Below, in pieces: positions 1 through 12,329 of a stretch of 64,000 nt of DNA. Source of the stretch: Malacoraja senta (Eukaryota); contig JAXLNO010000062.1 of the NCBI GenBank assembly GCA_038087875.1, positions 186,001 through 250,000 on the forward strand, in the 5' to 3' direction. Under the pieces are notes generated by a model, which saw only the letters and a program-made list of their open reading frames with translations, was not told the origin of the DNA and searched no databases. The stretch's first letter is position 1, and every line of letters starts with the position of its first letter. The position numbers and the translations under genes are program-made.

Positions 1-356
1 TTCAGCCCTTGCAGCCAGAACCACCATTCAATATTATCATGGCTGATCATCCAGAATCGTAACCTTGTTCCTGCTTTCTCCCCATATCCCTTGATTCCAT
101 TAGCCTTAAGTGCTATATCTAACTCTCTCTTGAATACATCCAGTTATTTGCCCTACACTGCCACGTGTGACATAGAATTCCACAGATTCACAACTCTCTG
201 GGTGAAAAGGGTTTTCCTCATCTCAGTCGTAAATGGCCTACCCCTTATTCTCCCCCAACATGGGAAACATTTTTTCCAGCATCTAGCCTATCCAATTCCT
301 TAAACATGTTATGTTTCTATAAGATCCCATCTTATGCTTCAAAATTCCAGTGAATA
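1..356 (-). mobile_element. CR1 LINE 3' fragment, interrupted by a Helitron and resuming at 1996
   Basis: Homologous to the CR1 3' end at 3163-3570 (ttctccccatatcccttgatt, gaattccacagattcacaactctctg). ccagtgaata|taagcccagtc is rejoined across the Helitron. Confidence 0.85.
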
Positions 357-654
357 CTAGACTAAGTGGGCCCCTTTGGGTCCCATGTTTACACGGCAGG
401 GCTGGTCATCCCACGCAATATTCCACCTCTCCACCAATTCCAATATTGGTGGTCGGGGGGGGGCTTCCTGGAGTGCTGGTATGGGTGTTGTTGGCTGCAG
501 GGACTACTGGTCTCCAGAGGGCTAGTATGGACATTGTGGGCCAAATGGATTCTTGGGGTGGCAGCTCAGTCCCTCACGCCTGATGTGCTGGCAGCTCACT
601 CACGGCTGGTGGGCTGGCAGTTGACTCACGGCTATTCCTTGAAATTCCATTTCA

Positions 655-960
655 AGCAGAGTGCAAGGCCATCAAATTCAAATCCAGTTTCTTACCTCTT
701 CGAGCAGGGTGCAAGGCCACAAAATTCAAGTGCAGTTTCATACCACTTCAAGCAGGGTGCAAGGCCACCGAATTCAGGTTCAGTTTCCTACCACTTCAAG
801 CAGGGTGCAAGGCCACCAAATTCAAATGCAGTTTCATACCATTTCATGCATGGTGCAACAACACCACATTCAAATGCAGTTTCATACCATTTCATGCAGG
901 GTGCAAGGCCACCACATTCAATGCAGTTTCATACTATTTCAAGCAGGGTGAAACCACCAT
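655..960. repeat. Minisatellite (~48-bp unit) inside the Helitron
   Basis: Tandem cagggtgcaaggccac..aattcaa.tgcagtttcataccac/tttcaag units. Confidence 0.9.
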
Positions 961-1352
961 AAAAAACACCATAAAACCACACGAAACACCACACTCACAG
1001 TTCAGTAGACATTCAGTGTGTTCAGTTGATTCACAGCTCAGACAGAGTCGTGACCTCTCCCTCCCCCATCATGCGGAGACTGAGTGGGAGGGATTATAAA
1101 ACCACACTTCCGGGTTTTATAATTCCCTCCCCCTCCCACCGGAAAAGGTGTGACCTTCATGGCGTGATTAACAGGAGAGAGATTCTCAACATTTTTTAAA
1201 CACTAATAACACTTGTTTTTCATTGATGGGAAGAATCCTCTGTACCTGATGAGCTGAGGGGAACTGAGTAAGATGGCCAAAAATCACAGCCGTAAGTGGT
1301 AGCGTTTGATCTAAAATCAATGTAGTGCAAACAGGAAGTTGTCAAGTTTAGA

Positions 1353-1636
1353 CAAACAACCATTTGCAGGCAGTGCCTTTTCACTTCAACCCAACCCCCC
1401 CCCCAAACAACCATTTGCAGGCAGTGCCTTTTCACTTCAACCCAAACCCCCCAAACAACCATTTGCAGGCAGTGCCTTTTCACTTCAACCCAAACCCCCC
1501 AAACAACCATTTGCAGGCAGTGCATTTTTACTTCAACCCAAACCCCCCAAACAACCATTTGCAGGCAGTGCCTTTTTACTTCAACCCAAACCCCCCCAAA
1601 GAACCATTTGCAGGCAGTGCCTTTTTACTTCAAACC
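1353..1636. repeat. Minisatellite (~48-52-bp unit) inside the Helitron
   Basis: Tandem caaacaaccatttgcaggcagtgccttttcacttcaacccaaacccccc units. Confidence 0.9.
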
Positions 1637-2932
1637 AATCATATTTTCATTTTCAAACCACATTAAGGGCACTCACAGTTGAGTAGACATGTGTTCAGTG
1701 TTATTCAGAGAGACGTGACCCTCTGGCTTCCTCCATCTTGCAGAGACTGAGTGAGGCACACCACTTCCTGGTTTTATAGTCCCTCCCACTCCCTCCAGCA
1801 GGGGCAGCAGAGAGAATGGCAAATGTTTTAAAAACTCTGATTTTTCATCGATGGGAAAAATCCTCTGGTCCCAGAAGGCGGAGGGGGGCTCTGAGCGAGG
1901 TGGCCAAAATTGACGGCCGTAGGTGGCAGCGTTCTCTTGGAAATCACAGCACAGCGAGCCAAAAGCGGTCAAGATCAGACTTTTAGTAATATAGATAAGC
2001 CCAGTCTAAATTCCAGTGAATATAAGCCCAGTCTAAATTCCAGTGAATATAAGCCCATTATCTCCCTCCTTCTGCATTGTATTTCACTCCTTTTCTCTCG
2101 TTATCTGACAGTCTTGTCTCTTTTTTTTCCATTGTTTATCAGCTCAACCGCCAATAAAACCTCCTCGCCTGTATCCACCTATAACTTGCAAGGCTTTGTC
2201 TCCTCCCACTTCTTTTTCAGCTTTCTCGCCTTCCCTCTTACAACCCCCCCAAAAAATCACCTATTCATTCCCTTCAGTGATGTAGCCTGACCTGCTGAGT
2301 TATACCAGCACTGTATCAGGGTTTTTTTTCTCTGTTGCCAACCGGGCAACTTAGGCAGCTTTTTAGGTTGCCAAATGACAGTTTAGGTGGTCATTTAAGA
2401 CGGCTTGCACGGCGCGTGCGGTAATGTGCTCGGATGAAGTCCGCAGTTACCAGTCGGAATTATGCTCAATGAAGCATTCACATATTATTTCCAATATAGT
2501 CACAAACTAAACATATTAACCAATCAAGACATGACATACACCACGATGACATGCAGCAAAATTATAATACAGTATCTCAACTCTTTTTACACGTTCCAAT
2601 GAATGCAATTTCTATTTCTTTCCACTTCCAAACAAATGTGGTTGGATCATTCAGCGTATGATCAACCTGTGTCAATAAATCCTGGACCATGGTAACATAT
2701 ATGCTTAACTATGCACACTACGGATTGTTTTCTGTGAAGGACCGAAAATTATCATGACATGGCCAAAGCATGGGTCGTTATTGGTATATAAACTCTCTTG
2801 CTTCCCACATAATTTACCCACAACAAAATATACAGGTTGCAAGGAAATCTCTAAAGGCATTTTATGATAATAGCTGTTAAAACCGACGATACCCATCTGA
2901 CATGTTAAACATTACACTACTGACAAGAACTG

Positions 2933-3146
2933 TCTGTGGAATTCTCTGCCTCAGAGGGCGGTGGAGGCCGGTTCTCTGGATACTTTCAAGAGAGAGCTAG
3001 ATAGGGCTCTTAATGATAGCGTAGTCAGAGGATATGGGGAGAAGGCAGGAACGGGGCACTGATTGGGGATGATCAGCGATGATCACATTGAATGGCGGTG
3101 CTGGCTCGAAGGGCCGAATGGCCTACTCCTGCACCTATTGTCTATA
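2933..3146 (+). mobile_element. CR1 LINE 3' fragment
   Basis: LWNSLPQRAVEA...FKRELDRAL...RGYGEKAGT C-terminus and a CR1-type 3' UTR. Confidence 0.85.
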
Positions 3147-3162
3147 AGAGATGGCCAAATGA

Positions 3163-5062
3163 CATACATAGATACATAGAAAATAGGTGCAGGAGTAGGC
3201 CATTCGGCCCTTCGAGCCTGCACCGCCATTCAATACGATCATGGCTGATCATCCAACTCAGTATCCCGTACCTGCCTTCTCTCCATACCCCCTGATCCCT
3301 TTAGCCACAAGGGCCACATCTAATTCCCTCTTAAATATAGCCAATGAACTGGCCTCAACTACCCTCTGTGGCAGAGAGTTCCAGAGATTCACCACTCTCT
3401 GTGTGAAAAAGGATTTCCCCCTTATCCTTAAGCTGTGACCCCTTGTCCTGGACTTCCCCAACATCGGGAACAATCTTCCTGCATCTAGCCTGTCCAACCC
3501 CATAAGAATCTTGTACGTTTCTATAAGATCCCCTCTCAATCTCCTAAATTCTAGCGAGTATAAGCCAAGTCTATCCAGTCTTTCTTCATATGAAAGTCCT
3601 GACATCCCAGGAATCAGTCTGGTGAACCTTCTCTGCACTCCCTCTATGGCTATAATGTCCTTCCTCAGATTTGGAGACCAAAACTGTACGCAATACTCCA
3701 TGTGTGGTCTCACCAAGACCCTGTACAACTGCAGTAGAACCTCGCTGCTCCTATACTCAAATCCTCTTGCTATGAAGGCCAACATACCATTCGCTTTCTT
3801 CACTGCCTGCTGCACCTGCATGCCTACTTTCAATGACTGGTGTACCATGACACCCAGGTCTCGCTGCATCTCCCCATTTCCTAATCGGCCACCATTTAGA
3901 TAATAGTCTGCCTTCCCGTTTTTGCTACCAAAGTGGATAACCTCACATTTATCCACATTATACTGCATCTGCCAAACATTTGCCCACTCACCCAGCCTAT
4001 CCAAGTCACCTTGCAGTCTCCTAGCATCCTCCTCACAGCTAACACTGCCCCCCAGCTTAGTGTCATCCGCAAACTTGGAGATGTTGCTTTCAATTCCCTC
4101 GTCCAGATCATTAATATAAATTGTAAATAGCTGGGGTCCCAGCACTGAGCCTTGCGGTACCCCACTAGTCACTGCCTGCCATTGTGAAAAGGACCCGTTT
4201 ACTCCTACTCTTTGCTTCCTGTTTGCCAGCCAGTTCTCTATCCACATCAATACTGAACCCCCAATACCGTGTGATTTAAGTTTGTATCCTAATCTCTTAT
4301 GTGGTACCTTGTCGAAAGCCTTCTGAAAGTCCAGATACAACACATCCACTGGTTCTCCCCTATCCACTCTACTAGTTACATCCTAGAAAAATTCTATAAG
4401 ATTCGTCAGACACGATTTACCTTTCGTAAATCCATGCTGACTTTGTCCAATGATTTCACCACTTTCCAAATGTGCTGCTATCCCATCTTTAATAACTGAC
4501 TCTAGCAGTTTCCCCACTACCGATGTTAGACTAACTGGTCTGTAATTCCCCGTTTTCTCTCTCCCTCCCTTCTTAAAAAGTGGGGTTACGTTTGCTACCC
4601 TCCAATCCTCAGGAACTACTCCAGAATCTAAAGAGTTTTGAAAAATTATCACTAATGCATCCACTAATTCTGGAGCTACTTCCTTAAGTACTCTGGGATG
4701 CAGCCTATCTGGCCCTGGTGATTTATCGGCCTTTAATCCATTCAATTTACCCAACACCACCTCCCGACTAACCTGGATTTCACTCAGTTCCTCCATCTCC
4801 TTTGACCCGCGGCCCCCTGCTATTTCCGGCAGATTTTTTATGTCTTCCTTAGTGAAGACGGAACCAAAGTAGTTATTCAATTGGTCTGCCATATCCTTGT
4901 ACCCCATGATCAATTCACCTGTTTCTGACTGCAAGGGACCTACATTTGATTTAACTAATCTCTTTCTCTTCACATATCTATAAAAACGTTTGCAGTCAGT
5001 TTTTATGTTCCCTGCCAGTTTCCTTTCATAATCTATTTTCCCTTTCCTAATTAAGCCCTTTG
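3163..5062 (-). mobile_element. 5'-truncated CR1 LINE (ORF2 reverse transcriptase)
   Basis: ORFs 4383-5120 and 3258-4367 are in frame and separated by one TAG. Motifs: KSPGPD, NYRPVSLTS, YLDFQKAFDKVPH, SGVPQGSVLGP, FADDTKL. Short tandem tail at the 3' end. Confidence 0.95.
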
Positions 5063-5639
5063 ACATAACTGCAGCAAATGTTCTTTTGGCAAAATGTTTA
5101 AAGGTGTCAAAAACCCACATTACCGGACATTCAGATTAGATGTATGTGTTGTGAACAGCAATGAAAATACCAAGTTTGCACGCACCAGATAAAAAAATAT
5201 ATATATATTCATAAACGCTGTTTCCATCATTCCCACTTCAGAATTAACGTTAAAGTTTCAAATGAAATATCTCCTGACCAAATTTGTGATGTATATGACT
5301 GACCATGGAAGTAAAACCTGGACAAATCGAACGTATAGTTGTGAATGTTGCTCATTAAATAACTACAGTACTGATACTCCATATTAGGAGCATTGATTTG
5401 CCGTTAAAATGAATTCTGTAATAACGTGTCAACAGTAGCAGTGACAATTGAACACTGCGGTTTTAATGTTTCACGTGTTCACAATTTAATTAATCCATCT
5501 TTATGGATTAAAACAAATAATAACATTGGGAATTAAAACACATTTGATTACATTCCGTTATCAAACATAGTCAATGTTCGCTCTGAAGACGTTTCCCATG
5601 CAGTAGGGTCAGGAAGCCAGTACGTTGCAACTGGACCAT

Positions 5640-6330
5640 ACTGGATCAGTACGGGATGGATGGGGAGGATCAGTACAGGATGAATGGTGGGGGGGGGTCA
5701 GTACAGTGTGGATCGGGGGGGTCTGTGCAGGATGAATGGGGGCCACAACAGGATGAAAGGGCAGATCAGTACAGGATGATTGGGTGGGTCAGTGCAGGAT
5801 GAATGGGGGGGGGGATCAATACAGGATGAATGGAGGGAGGACCAGTACAGTGTGGATCTGGGGATCTGCAGGATGAATGGAAGGATCACTACAGTATGGA
5901 GGGGGGGTCGTTACAGGATGAATGGGGGGGGGGTCGGTGCAGGATGAATGGGGGAATTCATACAGGATGAATGGGTAGTTCACGACAGGATGGCTGGGGG
6001 GATCGGTGCAGGATAAATGGAGGGGGGTCAGTACAGGATGGATCGGGAGATCAGTGCAGGATGATTGGGCGATTAGTACAGGATGAATGGGCAGAGCAGT
6101 GCAGGATGGATGGGAAGGGGGGTCAGTACAGGATGAATTGCGGGACCAGTGTACGATGGATGGGGGGTGGCAGGAGAATCTGTGAGGTGGATAGGGAGAT
6201 CAGTGCAGGATGAATAGATGGGGGGGGGCGGGGGTAGATGGGGAGGAATGAATAGAGGCGTGAATGGGGATCAGTGCGGGATGGTGAGAAGGGGTCCCAG
6301 GATAAGGGGGGTGGAGGGGGGGCGTAGAAG
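5640..6330. repeat. Degenerate G-rich tandem repeat (gatcagt[a/g]caggatgaatggggg)n
   Basis: Many imperfect ~25-30-bp units. The left breakpoint of the triplication lies inside it. Confidence 0.85.
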
Positions 6331-6369
6331 AGAGAGAGGGGAAGGGGCAGAGGGAGGAAGGAAGGTCAG

Positions 6370-6845
6370 CGCTCCTCGGACAACTCCGGCATCATCGCCC
6401 CGCTGCCTTGGCCGTCCCTGTCCACCGCCAAGTTCCGCAGCCAAAGGGGGAGGCAGTTGGGGTCTCCTCGCCACCGTCTCCCCTCCTCCGCCAGTCAACA
6501 GGAAGGTGCAGGTGCTTCAGACGGCGGAAGGGGGCCTCCCCCTTCCTCCCTCCCTCCTCCCGGCCTCGGCCTGCGGGAGGGGTTGTTTTGAAAGCGGTTA
6601 TCGCCGTTGGTGGAGTGGCACGCAGAGGCTGCTATGAGGACGGGCGGGGTGCGGGTGTAGGAGGAGGTGGAGCCGCCGCCGCTGCTGTGTGGGGCCTGTC
6701 ATTCACTCCGACCCTCTGTCACCCCGCACTACAGCCGTTGCGCCGGCAACCGCGGCCTACGGTGAGCGCCGGCCTACAAACCTCCCCGCGCCCATGTGGC
6801 GCGCCTTCCCCCCTTCACTGCACGTTAGCAGCCCTCGCATCGAGC
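6370..6845 (+). promoter_or_regulatory. CpG-island-like segment with a candidate first-exon splice donor (copies at ~15735-16210 and ~28405-28880)
   Basis: GC- and CpG-rich, with GC-box-like gggcgggg, gccgccgcc and CG|GTGAGC at 6761/6762. It lies inside the hAT-like element. Confidence 0.45.
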
Positions 6846-8490
6846 ATAGACACACAATGTTGGAGTAACTCAGCAGGACAGGCAGCATCTCTGGAGGAAA
6901 GGAATAGGTGACGTTTCGGGTCGAGATCCTTCTTCAGACTTCACCCTTGCATCCCCTATCTTGCCATCCACCCTCCACTGTCAGAGTGAAGCCCAACGTA
7001 TATTGGAGAAACAGCACGTCATATTTCGCTTGGGCTACCTACAACCCAGGCGCGGACTCGGTGGGCCGAAGGGACTGTTTCCGTGCTGTATCTCTAAACT
7101 AAATACTAAACTAAAGTATGAACATTGATTTATCTACCTTCAAGTAACCCTTGCATCCCCTCTCTCTCCGTCCACTCTCCACTGCCAGAGTGAAGCCCAA
7201 GGTAAATTGGAGGAACAGCAGATCATATTTCGCTTGGGCAGCTTACAGCCCAGTGGTATGAATGAAGAAGGATCTTGACCCGAAATGTCCACTATTCCTT
7301 TTCTCCAGAGATGCTGCCGAACCCGCTGAGTTACTCCAGCTTTTTGTATCTATTCAGCGGTATGAATATTGATTTATTTAACTTCAAGTAAGCATTGTTT
7401 CCCCCTCGCTCCGTCCCACCCCTCCTAGTTCTCCGAATAGTTTCACTGATTAAAACATTTTACTGATTGTTTGCCTCGTTGTCAGCTTCCCCTCCGCTAA
7501 CAATGAACATTCCTTGACCATAGTCCCCTTTGGTCTGTGTTCTCACATCTTAACATTCCATATCTCTGTCTCCCTTTCCCCTGACTCTCAGTCTGAAGAA
7601 GAATTTTGACCCGAAACGTCACCCATTCCTTCCCTCTGGAGATACTGCCTGTCCTGCTGAGTTTTCCAGCATTTGGTGTCTATCTTCGGTTTAAACCAGC
7701 ATCCGCAGTTCCTTCCTACACACCACCCCCACCCTAGATAGATAGGAGAGGAATGAATGACGTTTCAGTTCGAGACCTTTCTTCAGACCCTCCAAAGATG
7801 CTGCCTGTCTCGCTGAGTAACTCCAGCGTTTTGTGTTCATTGTTGGCTGAGGGGAAGGTGACAACGAGGTATGCAAACATTAAAATTAATCAGGAGGACA
7901 GTAAAACTAGTCGGAGAATAGGATGGAGGACCAATTCCTTCTCTTCAGAGATGCTGCTTGTCCCGCTGATTTACTCCAGCATTTTGTGTCTATCTTCGCT
8001 GCCAACAATGGACCATGTATGTAGGAAGGAACTGCAGATGCTGGTTTACACTGAAGATAGACACAAAATGCTGGAGTAACTCAGTGGGACAGATAGCATC
8101 TCTGGAAAAGAAGGATCTCAACGAGAAAGGTCACACATTCCTTCTCTCAAACCATGGACCATTGTAGGCTCCACCTTTCCTTGATCATCGTTACTTTGTT
8201 GTATAACTTTCATTCATTTGTCCTATATTTCTCTATCACCATCTATAGATATAATTTCCCTTTCCCCTGACTCTCAGTCTGAAAAAGGGTCTCGGTCCGA
8301 AACGTCACCTATTGCTTTCCTCCAGAAATGCTGCCTGACTGGCTGAGTTCTCCAGCTAATTGTGTCTATCTTTGGTATAAACCAGCATCTGTAGTTCCTT
8401 TTTCCAGAGATGCTGCCTGACCTGTTGAGTTACTCCAGCTTTTTGTGCCTCTTCTGTTTAAACCAGCATCTGCAGTTCCTTCCTACACCT
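6846..8490. mobile_element. Cluster of Penelope-like element 3' ends and terminal repeats in both orientations (repeated in each copy)
   Basis: 7177-7263 translates LHCQSEAQGKLEEQQIIFRLGSLQPSGMN, resembling the C-terminus of a PLE GIY-YIG endonuclease. Repeated ctccagagatgctgcctg..gctgagttactccagc modules carry hammerhead cores. Confidence 0.75.
6910..6937 (-). ncRNA. Minimal hammerhead ribozyme core
   Basis: Minus strand CTGAAGAAGGATCTCGACCCGAAACGTC, one mismatch in helix II. Confidence 0.6.
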
Positions 8491-8843
8491 AACCGTTTAT
8501 TTATTTTATTTCTAACTATCTCCGTTCGCTTCTGCATTTGAAACAAACAAAAACGTCACCGTAGCTCGCTTACATATTAAAAAATCACAGTGGCTTGCGT
8601 CAGTGCAGTGCGTGGGACGGGATCCCACAGTGTGGGCTGCAGTTCTGCGGTGTCGATCGGCTGCAGGGAACGCTTGCAAGCACCATTATTCGGCCACAGA
8701 TTCCCTATTTGAACCAATGGGCGCAATAATAACACTGGAAAAAATACTGCATCAAATTTACTGCTATCAGAGTGCAAGTTTTGGTTCTCCGGAATATGAA
8801 TAGCTGGAGGGCTAATGGAAATTGAATGTATTTCTTTCTCCTT

Positions 8844-8871
8844 CTGAAGAAGGGTCTCGACCCGAAACGTC
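8844..8871 (+). ncRNA. Minimal type I hammerhead ribozyme core, PLE-associated (identical copies 18202-18229 and 30883-30910)
   Basis: CUGAAGA-A-GGGUC(UC)GACCC-GAAAC-GUC, with palindromic ACGU in place of helix III. Confidence 0.7.
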
Positions 8872-11029
8872 ACTTATTCCCCTTCTCCAGAGATGCTGCC
8901 TGACCCGCTGAGTTACACCATTTTTTTGTGTCTATCTTCGGTATAAACCAGTATCTGCAGTATCAAGCCGGGCAAAATGACACGGCTTTTAGGTTGCCCG
9001 GCGGGGCTTTAGGTGGCCATTGGCAACTGGGCAATCATTAATTTCGAGCCCTGCTGTATGTTTTATCTTTGGTGTGCTAGTTGTAAATGTGCGCTGCATC
9101 TGCTAAATGATTTAGTTTTTATGTATCCTGCTACCATATCTTTAATTTAAGTCCAGAGTCTAGCATTTCCCTAATCCTGATGCCAGCCTAACTGATCTGC
9201 AGTTCCTCATTTTCTATCTCCCTCTCTCCAGAAATAGTGAGGTGTCATTTGCTCTCTTCCAATTTGTGTGAACCATTCTGCAACCTACGGAATTTTGGAA
9301 GACGATGAACAGTGCGCCTGCCTGAAAGGCTACGGATCAAGTTGTGGAATTTGGGCAGCTATTTTCCAGCCGGCACGGACACCATCTTCTATGTCACCAA
9401 CTTTACGATTCCTTGAAACTGGCAAGACGTCTGATTCACACAACACAGTGGAAACCTGGAGCGCTCTCCCCAAAAGGCTTTTTGGATGCTATGGGTCAGT
9501 TGGTACTTTCACTGCCATGTTAGATAGGAATTTTGGTGGGAGGGTTAATGAGGGATTCGGAGCAAATGTGCATAAATTAATCTGAGCACAGGCCTTCCCT
9601 GACTAACAAATGGATTCCATTTGTACAGATGTTGATTCTTGTACATGTCAGAAAATAGACAAAAATCACTGTTTACCATTTTGTAATGAATGGCATTAAA
9701 CACATAATGCTGACAAGAAGGAACAATTGTTAAAAGAGACAAAACTAGTTCTGACGTTCCTAGAAATGAACGTCTGTATGTACATCGGACATTTGAATTT
9801 AATATTGGAGCTTTTCTGCATGTATGGGTTTCTCGTAAGTGGGGCATTTGTTACTCTGGGATGGCCTGTGTACTGCTCTGTCATTGTCTAATTGAATGTC
9901 AAGAAAAATATTTGAGGAACTGAATTGATTATGCTTTTAGCTTTGAAGAGGGATGTTGTGCAGATCATCTAATTGAGGTATAGAAAAGTATTTATGGCAC
10001 GGAATATAATTTTATATTCAGGAGGGAGGGACGGAATGCTGAGACACAACAAATTTGCCATATGCTTGTTTAGTTTCTGTAATGAAGAATGAATTGTAAT
10101 CTGGCAAGCAAAGTCATTAATGGATTGTCTCGCGATTCCCAGGCATACTTTACACATGCCTGGCTATTTCACGTAATAGATCAAAAGTATTGCCTTTGAT
10201 TCTTTTTCACCAAATCAGTATCCCTTGGTTGGAAACCTTTATGCCTGGCAAGAACCGTATGTACCTTACTGATCTATGAACTCTCCTTTTAACCTTCTCT
10301 AAGCACGACAATCCCACTTTCTTTGGATTTTTCATGGAAGTGAAACCGTTCATCTTGATACCATTCTTGCTGTTTAATGCAGTCAAGCAGACTTGTGTAG
10401 AAGAGATTTGTAAAAACGTAGCATACCTTGCTTTTATACTTTGCTTCTCTGTTCCAAAGGTTGGGTGTTCCTTTTTTAAACTGACTACTCAACCAACTTG
10501 TTCTGCAATTGTTAAAAATTGCCTTTGTACATCTGCAGCGGTCTCTGTCCCAACATCCCCCATAAAATTGTACCATTAGTTTACATGGAATTCTAGAGGT
10601 GAGAGCTGGGTTACTGTTCCTTATCCGTTGCTAAGGTAGCACACCGTGCAGTGTAGCATTGATTCCACTGATGAGGTGATGTGGAATGCTTGGTTTTAGG
10701 TACTGGTCATTCCAACCAATGACAGGACTCAGACACAAGTCGTAGACAACTCTAGACTGTCATTAGAACATTGGACATTAAAAACTACTGTAGAATTGCA
10801 TGCAAACATGGGTGACAAACTGCATTAATATTTCCCATGATTACAAGCATCTGATAATACCACAAAATACTCTCGCCAGAAGTATGCAAATCACTTTTGC
10901 TTTAATTAAACTATTAATCCCATTACAAATTGCCTTACTTGCAAAGCCTAGATGTTTTTGTGTCACCGTCAGAGAGGTAAATGTGACGTATCCTTCATGA
11001 GTAATCGATTTAAAATGCATTTACAAGTT

Positions 11030-11740
11030 AATAAGTCATTCGAGTTTATTTAACCATTCGCCCCATTGAGTCTACTCCGCCATTTAATCATGGCTCATCT
11101 ATCTTTCCTTCTCGACCCCATTTTCCTACTTTCTCCCATAACCTTTGACACCCTTCCTAATCAAGAACATGTCAATCTCTACTTTAAGTATACACAATGA
11201 CATGGCCTCCACAGCCACCTATGGCAATGAATTCCACAGATTCACCGCTCTCTGACTGAAGAAACTCATCCTCATCTTTCTATAGGTATGTCCTTTTATC
11301 CCGACGCTCCCACTAGTGGAAACATCCTCTCCACATCCACCCTATCCAGGCCTATCATTATTCTGTAAGTTTCAATGAGGTCCTCTCTCGTCCTTCCAAA
11401 CTCCAGTGAGTACAGGTCTTGAGTGGTCAAACGCTCATACGTTAACCCAATCGTCCCCGGGATCATTCACGTAAACCACCTCTGGATGTCGGCACAGCCA
11501 GCCCCCACCTCAGATGTAGGCCGAAAACTGCTCACAATACTCCAAATGCAGTCTGACCAGTGCCTTCTAAAGCCACAGCATTACATCCCTGTTTTTATAT
11601 TCTAATTCTGTCGAAATAAATGCTTTTAGATCACTTGCCAGGCTTTGTTTTCTACCTCTACCTCAACTACCTCTTCTGGCAGCTCGTTGCATACACCCAT
11701 AGCCCTTTGTGTGATAAAGTTACCCCTCAGATTCCTAGGA
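11030..11740 (-). mobile_element. Degenerate CR1 3' fragments (also in copies 2 and 3)
   Basis: ggcaatgaattccacagattcacc and tctgtaagtttcaatgaggtcc match the CR1 3' region. Confidence 0.75.
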
Positions 11741-11850
11741 GAGTGACACCACATTTTAGGAGGCACACCACATTTTAGGAGGCACATACCACATTTTCTC
11801 CCTTGATAATAATTTGACAGTAACTTGCATTTTGTGGACAGTTAAATAAA

Positions 11851-12150
11851 GGTGGCACGTGGGTGTAGCATTAGAGCTACTGCCTTACTGCGCCAGAGAC
11901 CTGGGTTCGATCCTGACTACGGATGCTTGTCCATACGGAGTTTGTACCTTTTCCCCATGAGCTGCGTGGGTTTTCTCCTAGATCTTCGGTTTCCTCCCAC
12001 ACTCCAAACATGTACATGTCAGTAGGTTAGTTGGCTTGGTATAAATGTAAAAATTGTACCTAGTGTGTTGATGTTCAGGGATTGCTGGGTTGTGTGGACT
12101 CGGTGGGGCGAAGGGCCTGTTTCTGTGCTGTATCTCTAAACTAAACTAAA
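11851..12150 (+). mobile_element. tRNA-derived SINE, HE1/V-SINE type (copies 24521-24820 and 33891-34190)
   Basis: Box B ggttcgatcc, V-domain-like ggagtttgtac..ggtttcctcccacactccaaa, CR1-like tail gggcctgtttctgtgctgtatctc(taaac)n. Confidence 0.85.
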
Positions 12151-12329
12151 CTCTGCACAAGGAAGTCTATTGTGTTTGTGTGTGAAAGGTTTCAGATTTG
12201 CAGCAACTACATTGAAATCCTTTTTAATGTTCAAATTAATGCTGACAACACTCAACCAGACATTCTCTCTCTCTTGTGTACGCTGACTCAGCACCACCGG
12301 TGATTCAACAGAACAGTTTTTTTAACCAA

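Larger units (their letters stand above)
357..1995 (-). mobile_element. Non-autonomous Helitron
   Basis: Minus strand starts TC (TCTATATTACTAAAAG) and ends with an imperfect hairpin (TGGGACCCAAAGGGGCCCA) followed by CTTAGTCTAG. It is inserted between A356 and T1996 with no TSD. Confidence 0.85.
2317..9053. mobile_element. hAT-like non-autonomous DNA transposon with a 6-bp TSD, carrying nested CR1 and Penelope insertions
   Basis: Ends are CAGGG...gttgccaaccgggcaac and ggcaactgggcaatcattaatttcgagcCCTG. CTGTAT lies at 2311-2316 and 9054-9059. Removing the element rejoins a Penelope-type repeat (gctgagttataccagca-ctgtat-gttttatctttggt). Confidence 0.7.

Noticed and set aside
366..1686. Repetitive ORFs and CRISPR-like periodicity
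   Set aside because: These are tandem minisatellites with no unique spacers, inside a Helitron in eukaryotic DNA.
6218..6911. 139-aa and 167-aa GC-rich ORFs present in all three copies
   Set aside because: Low-complexity, no recognisable domain, and running into repeats. Their conservation reflects only the recent duplication.
10627..10640. RFX X-box-like GTTGCTAAGGTAGC
   Set aside because: A single imperfect motif with no supporting context.
10655..10690. CTGATGA within a short hairpin (possible hammerhead or C/D box)
   Set aside because: No helix II followed by GAAA, and no convincing D box or terminal stem.
11851..11925. tRNA-like box A/B sequences
   Set aside because: They are heads of tRNA-derived SINEs and do not form a cloverleaf.
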